Shown here one piece after another: positions 12,351-24,586 of a DNA stretch of 64,000 nucleotides; position 1 is the first letter of the stretch; each line of letters starts with the position of its first letter. The position numbers and the translations under genes were made by a program. This DNA comes from Eledone cirrhosa (lineage: Eukaryota). Below the pieces are notes generated by a model, which saw only the letters and a list, made by a program, of their open reading frames with translations, did not search any database and was not told the origin of the DNA. The DNA is taken from NCBI GenBank assembly GCA_964016885.1, contig OZ024747.1, positions 62,930,001-62,994,000 of the forward strand. Direction: 5' to 3'.

Positions 12351-13100
12351 AATTAGAACACCACCACCAACAACAACAATATTAATGATAATAATTTCTC
12401 ATCTCAGAAATGCAGACCTAATGTTATATAGAAATCTTCAGATATTGTTTGTCCTCTTTCAACAGCAATATTTTCTTTTTTTTTTTTCAATTTTTCTTTT
12501 AATTTCTGTAAATTACCAAAGTCATCAAAGAACAAGAAATAATGTAATCGATGTTCTATCTGATGATTCCAGAAACCCAATCAACATCATCTCAAATCAA
12601 TAGAAATAAAAATGAAAAATCTAAAAATCAGAATTTCAACGAAGAAAATTGTTGTTTGTAGTACGAAGTAACTGGAAAAAAAGATTTGAAAAACTTAGAA
12701 AATTGTGTTAAAATTCTACCATTGCAAAAATAACAGTGTGTGTGTGTGTGTGTGTGTTCTTCATTTGTGTTTGTGACTATGTATCTGTGTGTAGCTATGT
12801 GTGAGCATGTATATATGTGTGTCTTTGTAAGTGTCAATATATACATACACATGTGTGTGGGTGTCATGTGTAAAACTTTTTTTGAAATTTTTTGAAATTT
12901 TTTTTGAAATTTTAGAAATTACAAACACCGAGGAAAAAATTTTTTATAAGAGGGTGTCGGATTCACAGACAGAAAATAACTGCAGTCAGTTGCTATTAAA
13001 TGGCATATACAAATTGGGTAAAGGGTCTTTACTCAATTTTTATAAGCCATTTCATTGCAACTGACTGTAATTGCAGTTATTTTCTGTTCTTGAGCACCTG

Positions 13101-13159
<59 letters not shown>

Positions 13160-13380
13160 AATGATGGTAGTGGAGGGGAGTTTAATTCACTGTAATTGTT
13201 TATTATATGATATATATTTCTGTTACATGTTTATTCATGTGACTTTGTCAGTTCACTAGGACCTGCTTATCCTCAATAAGTTTACAACATAACAACTAGG
13301 ATAAACAACACTCTATATATCTATAGATATATATATGTATATATATTATATTATATTTATATATGTTCATACACGGAACA

Positions 13381-13468
13381 ATGCTGTTACTTAAGGTTTC
13401 AAGGTTCAAAGTTGACCATACCTCTAGAAAACAAGAGGTGCCATAATAGTGACCTTTCTTCAGGCATT
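13381..13468 (-). ncRNA. Hammerhead ribozyme motif with extended stem II
   Basis: Minus strand: atgc-CTGAAGA-aaggt...(acctct/agaggt hairpin)...acctt-GAAA-c-cttaa-GTA-acagcat; stem I is imperfect. Confidence 0.55.
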
Positions 13469-14058
13469 AATTCGAGTTTAAATATATATAATATTTCTGC
13501 TCTCTTCCCAATTCAGCATTGTTTTCCTTTTTTTCTTTTCACATCTACAAATATTGCTACATATACATATATATGAGCTCTCAATTCGGAGAAGTAGCGG
13601 TTCTACCTGGAGTGACTCTCTGATCTCAGAGCTACACACTCATTCAAGTAATGATACTCCAAAGACTCTTTGGAGGAAACCCATTTCAACTGCTTGTATT
13701 CGTGATTGTATTCTTTCGGTCATTACCCAAGAGAACTCCTTTCTGTTTATTTATTCTATTTATATATTAAGACTGTACCATACATGCATGAACTATACTA
13801 TGTAACACACCCTTCATATGGTGAAATATTTAGTGTAAGACATATCCTATTGTACTCTACTTATATATATAAATATATATATATATATGTAAATATGTAT
13901 ATATATATATATATATGTAAATATATATATATATATATGTAAATATGTATATATATATATATATATGTAAATATATATATATATATATGTAAATATATAT
14001 ATATATATATAAGTAAATATATATATATATATAAGTAAATATATATATATATATATAT

Positions 14059-14268
14059 CAGATGTGAGAAAAACCACAGACCCTCCATCTCAACTCACCT
14101 TTTGAAAAGTGGAAGAACTGTGAAACTGGTAAAGGAACCAAATAAATATATATATAAAAAAAAAAAGACTCCAGTTGCATTTTCGATTTCATCTCTTTTT
14201 CTTTATACTTTCACTCGTGTAGGACACCTCGGTTATTTTTCATTTTGTAAAAAAAACCTCACTTTCTA
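14059..14268 (+). mobile_element. Hammerhead-bearing short element (family B) in (TA)n; other copies 23448-23742 and 54270-54477 (opposite strand)
   Basis: Three ~210-bp homologous copies adjoining (TA)n. Hammerhead at 14098-14135: cctt-TTGAAAA-gtgg aagaa ctgt-GAAA-ctg-GTA-aagg. Confidence 0.75.
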
Positions 14269-14316
14269 ATATATATATATATATATATATATGTAAATAT
14301 ATATATATATATATAT

Positions 14317-14657
14317 CATCATCATCATCATCATCATCGTTTTACGTCCGTTCTTCCACGCTAGCATGGGTTAGACGGGTTGTCCTGTTGTGGGCAGTGT
14401 CTGGTCGGCTGACCCTGCTTTGCTCATACAGGAACTGATTTGGCTTGATTTCTACAGCTGGATGCCCTTCCTAACACCAACCTCATTTACAGTGAGTGCT
14501 GGGTGCTTTTTGGTGGCACCTACACGTCCACTTTACAGTGTGGGCTGGGTGCTTTTTTGCCGTGGCACCTCCACGACCACCTTGCAGTGGGGGGTGTGGG
14601 GGCATATTGTCTATATGCTTCAGCTTGTACCCATGGGAGGTCGGGTACTCTGTATTA
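14317..14657 (-). mobile_element. RTE LINE 3' UTR with (GAT)n tail; near-identical to 42577-42912
   Basis: Direct sequence match to the 3' UTR attached to the RTE ORF end at 42875-43125. Confidence 0.85.
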
Positions 14658-14671
14658 CATATATATATATG

Positions 14672-14752
<81 letters not shown>

Positions 14753-14999
14753 CACATGGCTGAGTGGTTAGAGAATTGTATTCGCAATTGTGAGGTTGTG
14801 AGTTTGATTCCCAGACCGGGTGATGTGTTATGTCCTTGAGCATGACACGTTATTTCACGTTACTCTTTCTACATGGATTTGTGACCGATAGATAGTATTA
14901 GCAATTGGAAAGACCAATGGAAACATTGTTTCCTCGGTTTGATTCGATGAAAGTCGATCGACTGTCGATATATATAAATATATATATATCATCATCGTT

Positions 15000-15612
15000 T
15001 GTCCATACTAATGCAGTCTCCTCTCTTGTACACCACCTTGGATTCCTCTTAAACCCAGTTTCACCCTCAGTTCATCCAAGCTCTGCCTTTCTTTCACAAT
15101 TACATTACACATCCAATGATGTATGGTTGTTGCATTTCTGTCCAGCCAATGCATGTCACTGCCCATGTTTCACTACAAAGCAGCATTGCATTTTGCACAC
15201 AGGCATCATACAGTTGTCCTTTTGAATGTAGAGAGACTGTCTTCCATCCTATCCTTATTGTAGCTATTATAATCTCAGAACATCCTCCTCTGCTGCTAAT
15301 TAGGGTACATAAATAGCAGAAGTTATCAACCACTTATATGGATCCTTTGCTGCTTTTCCCCTCAATTAACAATGTGCATCTTCCACATACAAAGTCTTCC
15401 ATTCCTGTTTATCTACCTGTTATCCCATTGCATCTTTTATATACCCAGGATTTACATTGTGTATATCATCTAAAGCTTATACCTACTTCTTTTCTATATA
15501 TTGAGCAGGGTCACTTCCCTGAGGGAATCAGGGCCCTATCTTCTTTCCTACTTACTAGTACTTTAGTTTTTGGCTAAGTTTACTCTCAGACCTTTTGATT
15601 CCAAGTTGTTTC
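15000..15612 (-). pseudogene. Decayed RTE-clade LINE RT/post-RT fragment
   Basis: Minus strand NNLESKGLRVNLAK.KVLV...PCSIYRKEVG...KSWVYKRC...GGCSEIIIATIRIGWK...KGQLYDACVQNAMLLCSETWAV. Confidence 0.8.
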
Positions 15613-16018
15613 CATATATATATGTATAATAATGAGTTGATGGATCCAGCATATTTATCAATGCCAGGACTGGTTGTATCTCAGCGTACTCAATAGGTAA
15701 TGTAGGATACATTCCCAGAGTATAAACATAGTTATTCGCTTCAATACAACACACGTAAAATGGGTGCCTATAGTAGTTCCCAGACTATATATATATACGG
15801 TTTCAAATATAAAAACTGGAAAGGTGTAGGTGAAAAAGTGATATCAGCTCAAAATATGATAAACTTTTATAACAAAATTTACACTTGCCTAGATATAATT
15901 TAAAGCAAAAATATATTTCTAAAAAATTACTGTTTTGTAAAATGTAAACAAAATTCTATGGATTTTTTTGTGCTTTCGAAAAAATGAACTTGTTGAGGTA
16001 TTTATTTATATGATGATT

Positions 16019-16056
16019 GATTCTGATGAGTCTCACGAGGATGAGACAATTGTAAA
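16019..16056 (+). ncRNA. Degenerate minimal hammerhead motif
   Basis: gatt-CTGATGA-gtct cacga ggat-GAGA-c-aatt-GTA-aac; palindromic stem III acaattgt; GAAA mutated to GAGA. Confidence 0.45.
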
Positions 16057-16193
16057 CATATTGGTAACATTTAATATATATGTATATCATCATCATCATT
16101 ACCATTTTACGTCCGCTTTTCCCAGCTTGCAAGGACGTAGAATCCCGATGGTGTACCATGCCTTTTCACATTGCTTTTTAGCTTTCTCAAGGG

Positions 16194-16229
<36 letters not shown>

Positions 16230-18739
16230 TATAAAAAAGAAGAGGGGGAGAGAGAGAGAGAGAGAGAGGTTATTTTTTGATAAAATGGTTTTTCAGGTTA
16301 TAAAGAGATTAGAAAAGTATATCTGAACCCCCCATCCCACCACCACCAACAACAACGACAACGAAAAACAACAAACAAACAAGAAAAACTAAGGGAAGTA
16401 GTTACATTCAAAGAACTTGTCTTCGCAGCTGAAAGTTGGTGTTTCAAGATTTCAATAATTCATTTCTAAGTCATTTGTCTTTCGTATATGTCCATGCAAG
16501 CACATGTGTGTGTGTGTATATGTATATCATCATTATCATTCCCATTTAACGTCAATTTTTCCCCACTTGCATGAGTTAGACGGCTTGTCCATGCCAAGAG
16601 GCAAGTCTGGCCAGGGTTAGACATGTGTCGCACCTTGCTCCCGCGAGAACTGTATATTTGGCTGGTTATTTTACAACTGGATGCCCTTCCTAACACCAAC
16701 CACTTTTAGAGTGTGTGTATATATATATATATATGTGTATGTGTGTGTGTATGTGTGCGTGCGTGTGTATATCAATTTACATTTCTGAGGAAACAGACAG
16801 ATGATCAAAGAAAAATTACTAAAGGAACAAAACAAAACCGATAGTAATATCAGTCGTAGCAGTAGTTATGGCAGCAAGAGTCAGCAATAATAATTTCTTT
16901 AATAATTATGTGAATGAATGAATGTGAATAATTATGATATTAATGGTAATAAACATAATATCTTAAAACTCTAATGCCTTGCCAAGTGTTGTGAAATGTG
17001 ACATCCTAATGATGTTCGATAAAAAAAACAATTTCACTTCCAAAAATGCCATCAGATAGTTTTGAAACTGTTTCTAACATCTCTTTTAGTTTTCGATGTT
17101 TGTTTTATGTTTTTATTGTTTCTGTTGTTTTACTATATTGCAGCCATTTATTAGATAAATTGTTCATCCACTTGGAATATTTTCTAGTCATATTCCCGCC
17201 CCAAACATGAAATCGTAATTGAAAAATATATTTGAAGTAGGCTATTCCTTGCAGTAGTATTTAAATTCATTTTTTACTTTTATGTATATTTATTTATTGA
17301 TACATTCTTTGTTAACTAATTAATTAGGAAACACAATCCAACAAAGCTGTAATACGAAGAACTCTTCGTTTGTTTTCCTAAAAATATATTTTTGAAGAAT
17401 ATAAAATTTAACAGAATTGCTAGTGGAATTAACACTTCCATTTGTGTTCATGTTTGGAATGATTTCATGTCAGCTATATTTTAAAATGGTATAGTTAAAT
17501 AAAGAATATAAAATGTTATATTTGGATAGGGTCATGTTGTCCTAATATTGCCCCACAATAGTAAAACACACTCACTGTTTGGTTTTGTTTTCGTTTGTTT
17601 ATTTATATAAATAATTTAGCCTGCAATCAATTTTTATCATTGATTGACCAACTGTTAAAAATATAAATATAATTTATCAAAGTTATTTTGACACACTTTT
17701 CTGTGACATATTTAGCGATTACTGCTTTGTTTTTACAACATCATGATAACAAGATGCTCCCCAAAAATAACTATCTGTTTCAACACACGATTTCATATAA
17801 AAAAACCTTGCAAAACAAATACATATTCTGAAGGAATTTTATGTGGCCATCTTCAGAGGTAATTCTCAACTTTTACAGATGTGTTTTATTTTTTATATAT
17901 TCATTTATTGATATAGTTTGTGTAATTACTTAATTAAGAAACAGAAACAAGCAATGATGTAACATAAAGAAATGATGGTATGGTTTTCTATGAAAATTTA
18001 TTTTGAAGAATATAAAATTTATCAGAATTACTAATGAAATATTAACACTATTTCTGTTTATGTCAGCTGTATTTGAGATTTTTAAATGGAATATTTAACC
18101 CTTTTGATATCAGGCTAATTAAAATTGCCCTCTTTCCATGATTCAAAATAATTTTGTCATAGAAATGTGTAACGAACAAACTTTGATAAATTATATTTAT
18201 ATTTTTAACTGTTGGTGAATCAATGATAAACATTGATTGCCAGCTAAATTGTTTATATAAATATACTGAAGCAAAAACCAAACCAGTGTGTTTTACTATT
18301 TTTTTTGCAATATTAAGACAATATGACCTTCTCCAAATATAACAAAACAATTTATATTTATGTAAAATCCTTCCATCATAGGTTTATGTAAGAAACTTTG
18401 GAAAATTAGGTTCCAAATAATTTAGTAATGAGAAGGTTAATAATATTAGTGAATCTATCAAAAGTATTTGAAAATCATTGGTAGTATCTTGAATTAGAAA
18501 TATGGTAATGAAAGGGTTATAAATATATGTGTGTGTTTTTCTAAGCATGACAGACATAAAATGTTAATAATGGTGATATTTTGTATGTATGTATGTATGT
18601 GTGTATAATATATATATATATATATATTAGTAAAAGGAAAAGAAAATGCTGACAAATTTTTCCCAGTAAAAAATAGTTTAATTAGGAATAAGTAAAAATT
18701 AGTAATAAGTATTGGTTAGTATTCAGTTTTAGTTTTAAG

Positions 18740-18778
18740 TTTTTACCGGTTGCGCATTTCTAATGCTTTTCAAAAATA
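18740..18778 (-). ncRNA. Degenerate minimal hammerhead motif in a (TA)n-flanked element (~18628-18812)
   Basis: Minus strand: ttt-TTGAAAA-gcatt aga aatgc-GCAA-c-cg-GTA-aaa. Confidence 0.5.
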
Positions 18779-19295
18779 ATTTTGAGATAGAGCGGCCGTG
18801 ATGTTTGCTCTAATATATATATATATATAACTGGAAAGAGAGAAAGAAAAGCTTACTGTGTAAGTAAAAGTAGAGATTGAAATCAAAGACTACTGTCAAG
18901 TTAGGTGAAGTGAGTTTGCTACTTCAGTTGTTCTCTATTTAGGAAAGCTATCATCTCACCACTAAGTATTCTTGTAACCAACTAATCTGCATTGTATCAG
19001 CTTACAAGAACAACAAGCTACATTGTCCTTTGATAAGGAGCACCTAACCTATAATTTCAGTACATACATAGGTATTTGAATATAAATGTTTGAATATATA
19101 TATATATATATTTATATGCAAAATGTCACTGAGGGAAAATAACGTGGGAGGAGACAGTACAATGATATTTAATGCATGATATAGGGAAAGATTCTTAATG
19201 TTTTGGATGCTAGTCCTTCATCAAAAGATAGATAAGATTAAGAACAAACAGAAAAAAAGCACATATGGGTTTAGCCAGGCATTTGGGGAAAGTGT

Positions 19296-19328
<33 letters not shown>

Positions 19329-19826
19329 TTGAAGCTAGAAAAAAAGGAACATTAGTATAACAATTGTAGAATGCTAAAAAATATCTGAGATAAGACAATG
19401 TAAATATAGTTGAAGTCCATGATCTCTGAAGAAGGAAACAGGATTAGATAAATTTCTACGTACCATACATAAGAACCCTCACACACAAACACATCTCTAT
19501 GTATGTCTCTCTCTCTCTCTCCTATATATATCTATATCTATATATATTAAAAATTAAAACAGGGTTACTTCAACATGATTGCTTTATTGCATGGTATATA
19601 TCATATTTCTGTAATACACACACACATATATATATATATAGATATAGATAATTAGAATTCAGCTTCGAATATAGCTGTATACAAATATTCTATTCTATTA
19701 TAAATTAAGCCAACTTATACAGCTTCATATGCAAATGAGATTAATCACCTCATTTACACAGATAAAAGAAAAATGGTATATTTTCGTCTGTTTTCAAAAT
19801 CCGGCAGTTTCAAGAGTGGGAGGGAC

Positions 19827-19866
19827 CGTTCTGACGAGAAACAGTTGAGTTCGACATGCATCGATG
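19827..19866 (+). ncRNA. Degenerate minimal hammerhead motif
   Basis: cgtt-CTGACGA-gaa acagttgag ttc-GACA-tgca-TC-gatg; palindromic stem III atgcat. Confidence 0.5.
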
Positions 19867-19974
19867 ATTGTCCCCCTCGCTTCACACAATAGAGAGAGAG
19901 AGAGAGAGGTAAAATCCCAACCACGGCGCCAAGTAATTTTGGCTTGTGTGTTCAACAACTCTCTCTCTCACTCA

Positions 19975-20068
<94 letters not shown>

Positions 20069-20366
20069 TTGCTTTGGTTTCTTCTTTTTATGGATGCATT
20101 TATGAAACAATCAAATGTCATCAATTTCGAATATGCAGTCTTGTATCATATTTGAATTTATTATTCCAAGATTAGTTATAAAAAGACCAACGAAGGGTTA
20201 CCAACTTCCTTAAAATTTTGCCAATGTGCCAATATAGGTCAAAAGCCACTCAAACATAGATGCCCTAAGCAATCCGTAGGAATAGAATTTTTGACTAAGA
20301 TTACAAAACAAAAGCTACACAGCTTGAACAGAAAACTAACAGGTTTTCATGAAGAATATATATATA

Positions 20367-20707
20367 GGAGGCACATGGCTTAGTGGTTAGAGCATTGGCC
20401 TTGCAATCGAAAGGTTGTGAGTTCAATTCTCAGACCGGGTGATGTGTTGTTTCCTTGAGCAAGGCACTTTATTTCACATTGCTCCAGTTTACTCAGCTGT
20501 AGAAATGAGATGATAGGGACTGGTGTCCCTATCATTCCACTGTAAAGTGGTCGTGGAGGTGCCACGGCAAAAAAGCACCCAGCACTCACTGTAAATGAGG
20601 TTGGTGTTAGGAAGGGCATCCAGCTGTAGAAATCAAGCCAGCATCAGTTCCCATCCCACCCTTGCAAGCAGGGAAAAAGCGGATGTAAAATGAAATGATG
20701 AATGAAA

Positions 20708-20710
<3 letters not shown>
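20367..20710 (+). mobile_element. tRNA-derived SINE family B with CORE-like segment and RTE-derived tail; near-identical copy at 43816-44163
   Basis: Head ggaggcacatggcttagtggttagagc...gagttcaattc (A/B boxes), then tccttgagcaaggcactttatttcac; tail shares ggttggtgttaggaagggcatccagctgtagaaa with the RTE 3' UTR; ends in (tga)n. Confidence 0.85.
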
Positions 20711-20789
<79 letters not shown>

Positions 20790-23122
20790 TCCACTAAAGT
20801 CAACATTTCAGGGTCAGTAAAATAAATTACTAATCTAGCATACTGAACTAGAATTGTCAGGGTAGCAGAAGTGATTCCTTCGCGGGTTTGTTCTGGCTTT
20901 TTTCTTTTAAGTTCAAATACCTTTGTTATCTACTAGTGTGGTAGACTTCATCACCTAATTTAACATCATCATCTAGCCCTAGGATGCCTTTGATACTGAT
21001 TTGAGGAAACCTTTTTCCCAAGGCAGCAAATTGGCAGAGCTGTTAACGTATTTCTACCACTGCACTCTGTGTTCAAATCACATTGTGGTTAACTTTGCCT
21101 TCCATCTTTTTGTGATGAATAGATAAAATATCAGTGTAGATGTGGTAGACAGTTGTAGTTGTTGTCAGACATGATACTTTGCAGCATCTGTTCAAGGTTT
21201 GGGTTTTTCTAAGCTCAAATTCTGCCTCCTATCACTAAAAGATTGGTGACTCTTCATCCAAAGGTAGTGTTCAGCAATGGAAAGATAAATAGAAAGTTTC
21301 CTTGACTGAACCTGGAAAATTTCCCACATTTCCACCAATCTCAGATGCCTTAGAAATTGTCATGGGCATTAAACAGTAAAAAGAAACTTTAATGACCATA
21401 ATTTCATATTTCTGATTTGAAGCTGTTCAATTATATAATAAAATATAACAAATATATAATCAATTATTTTACATAGGAAATATTTCCCCAATATTCTCAG
21501 TAGGTATGGTATTCATGTTATTTATGTATTATATTTTGTGAAATAGGAAATTTTCAATTTACCAATTCTGCCTCTACAGAACATTCTATGTAATTGTAAT
21601 GTTTAAATCATTGAAAGATCATTATAAAATAGATTATTGATTGTCGGTATAGATGTTATTATTTTTTTCAATGTGATGGGGGTTAGACAGGGTAATGTGC
21701 TGTGGTGTAGAAGCTTTATATTATAAATCATGGTTGTTACTGTTAGAAATCTAATAAATTGAATATTCAAAATATCTATAACTAAATTTTCAGAAAATAT
21801 AGAACAGATTTTTTATTCTTCTATAATTGATTTTATTTTGTATTTGTATCAGTAAAAGAAAAAAAAAATTGAAATATTGGTAAAAAAAATGATTATTTCA
21901 TGATTTGAACTGTCCTACATAGATATTGTTGTTGTTATTGTTAATCAATTTAGATACATAAAAATGTCAATAGACATGACTGTTGCTGTTAATGGCAGAA
22001 TAGTTATAGTATTAGTGGGAAAAAAAACTTGTGGTATTTGTTCCTGCTCATTATGTTTTGCGTTCAAATCCTGACAAGATCAACTTTACATTTCATCCCT
22101 TGTATGTTAATAAAAAGGTGGCAAATTCGCAGAGTCATTAGAATGTCGAATAGACTGCTTTATGGTATTCGTTCTGGCTCTCTGCTCTCGGAGGTCAAAT
22201 CCCACTGAGGTCAACTTTGCCTTTCATCCCTTCAAGGTTGATAAAATAAATACCAGTCTAGTACTGTGGTCAATTCTTTGTCTGGAAGAAATCTGCTGTA
22301 CTCAGGCCTGGAGAGGGATGAGCTCCGCCAGGCTTAAAATGCCCAAGTAATGCTGTATGTCAATATGGTGCCCCTACGACTCCTCCAGGAGTTATGGGAT
22401 CATACTACGTATATGTTAATAAAATAAAGTACCAGTGACATATTGGGATTGATAAAAGTAAGGTCTTAAAACACTTATGTATATACTCTAATCTTTTTTG
22501 TAACATTCTGTAATGATTTAGATCAAGGGCCTCAAACATGCAACCCACAAACGCCTTTTTCTATGTCCAGGACAATTTTCATAACTCCTTTTCCTCTCAT
22601 TTATGGTTTTCATAATCCTTTCCTCTACTTTTCCATACAACCAGACCTGCTCTTCCTGGCCCCTTACAGAAAGATATTCTTACATTTGTTAAACAAGAAT
22701 ACCCTACAGGAAGGTTTTCTTGTTTAACAAATGATAAAATTATCAAGGTTGGTCTTTAATTAAATTTGTCTTTTCATGCGAGTTTCTGAGGCTTTCATTT
22801 GTTTGAAACTGTAACTGAAAAAGTATCTGGCGAATGTTCTAAAGTCCATTAAACAATTTTTCGTTCTAACCTCAATATGTGATCTAATTTTACGCCAAGA
22901 ACTTCTCTCTTCCATGTTCTCCTTTCCATTTTCATTGGACAGAAAGCCAAGAGGACAATGAATAACTGCAGAAATATATTTAGGCCTAATTAAGGAAACT
23001 TGAACAGAAATATATATATATAATTTGAACAGAAAACAACCTAGCAGCTACCTCAAGCACTGATGGTGATTATCGCTAGATATTGATGTTGATTTGATTA
23101 TCAATATTAATATTATTGGGCA

Positions 23123-23249
23123 CCCACTGAAGAATTATAAGAGTCCACTTGAATAAGTATCTGTTGATCTTATACAAGCTTCTACATAAATTGGTATATT
23201 TTCACCCAACTTGTAGAAATCTTATAATGAAACGAGACGTCCGTCTGGG
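23123..23249 (+). ncRNA. Canonical type I hammerhead ribozyme with a long stem II insertion
   Basis: ccca-CTGAAGA-attataaga...(~77 nt)...tcttataat-GAAA-cg-agacgtc-cgt-C-tggg. Perfect 4-bp stem I, 9-bp stem II, 3-bp stem III with a gacgtc palindromic loop, GUC site. Confidence 0.8.
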
Positions 23250-23423
23250 AAGGGATATATTTGATATATCTCATATGAAATGATACAGCCAATTTTCCAC
23301 ACAATACAATTAGTTAGCACCCCGAACGTTTAATTAGGAATATACTTAGTTATTTCCTAATGTTTGTTGAGTGAGTTGGGATTTGGCCGGAGTATCGCTA
23401 ATGGCTTTCTCCGATTATGTATT

Positions 23424-23454
<31 letters not shown>

Positions 23455-23628
23455 GTGAGGTTTTTTTTACAAAATGAAAAATAACCGAGGTGTCCTACAC
23501 GAGTAAAAGTATAAGGAAAAAAGATGAAATCGAAAATGCAACTGGAGTTTTTTTTTTTTAAATATATATATTTATTTGGTTCCTTTACCGGTTTTGCAGT
23601 TCTTCTGCTTTTCAAAAGTAGAGTTGAG

Positions 23629-23742
23629 ATGGAGGGTCTGTGGTTTTTCTCACATCTGGTTGGTCTTTGAATGTTACTTGTTTTATAAAACAAGTAACAT
23701 TCAAAGACCAACCAGATGTGAGAAAAACCACAGATCCTCCAT
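23629..23742. repeat. 114-bp near-perfect palindrome terminating a family B element
   Basis: Centre ttttataaaa (23685/23686); one mismatch. Confidence 0.95.
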
Positions 23743-24506
23743 TTTGCACTAATTCCCATATCCCACGTAGTATCATGTGTGTATTTGTTTTGATGAAAAA
23801 AAATTAAATAGTAGACTTTTAGCTGAATTGCAGATTAGCATTATAACTGTTGGTAATCATGCCTGCATTATTTCACTTTTGTCTCACTGGCCCTTTCCTA
23901 GAATATAATGTCTCTTTTGAGACCTTGACTTTGAGACCTCTGATTAAGATGAAAATGCTTAAAAGCAGATCTCTTTATTCAAATGTTTATAGTATCTTTA
24001 CTTTTCAACAAAATATTGTTAGAATTTCTAGTATTAGACTACAGACAGGAATATTTAATATGATGCCATCAATTATGCTAAAGGTAATGTTGTGTCTGCT
24101 TGGTTGTTAATTTATCAAGAAATAATTTAAAAATAACAACAAATGTATAAAAAAATACTCAGAACTTCTTCAATGCACTTAGGTACACATATAATCACAC
24201 ATACATTACAAACTTCTTCAAAAACAAAATATTCTTATAAATTCATCAATGAAATCTTCAATATTTTTGTCAGTCTTTTTATAAACAGAATTATTGGAAA
24301 ACAAAATCCAGAATATTGCAAAAAGACATCACTTTTTTGTGGGAAGTTACTTCCTTTATAAATACAGAAAAATCGTTTTTTAAAATAATTTGTAGCGAGG
24401 TGTGATATAATGTGATATCAGTTACTTTTTCATGTGGTAGAAAATGCTTCCTCTTAGGTATGTAAGGACTGGGACTCTAATGATCGAATACTTTTGTAAA
24501 TAAGTA

Positions 24507-24586
24507 ATTTTTATGCAAGTTACCAGTATATACTTATTTACAAAATACTTTTGTCAATAAGTATATACTGGTAACTTGCATAAAAA
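24507..24586. repeat. ~80-bp hairpin/palindrome
   Basis: tttttatgcaagttaccagtatatacttatttacaaaa-tac-ttttgtcaataagtatatactggtaacttgcataaaaa. Confidence 0.9.

Noticed and set aside
19425-19465. Further partial hammerhead-like cores (also ~4128-4155, 20092-20125, 36343-36382)
   Set aside because: Only one half of the core or several core mutations; not distinguishable from chance by eye
20367-20440. tRNA gene
   Set aside because: A/B boxes are present but the sequence continues into a multicopy SINE body and lacks a proper acceptor stem
22525-22930. Possible hAT transposase remnant
   Set aside because: Terminus-like caagggcctcaaac is present, but no convincing transposase motif could be read
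24023-24082. Possible exon ending AAG|gtaatg
   Set aside because: Acceptor ambiguous and peptide unrecognisable
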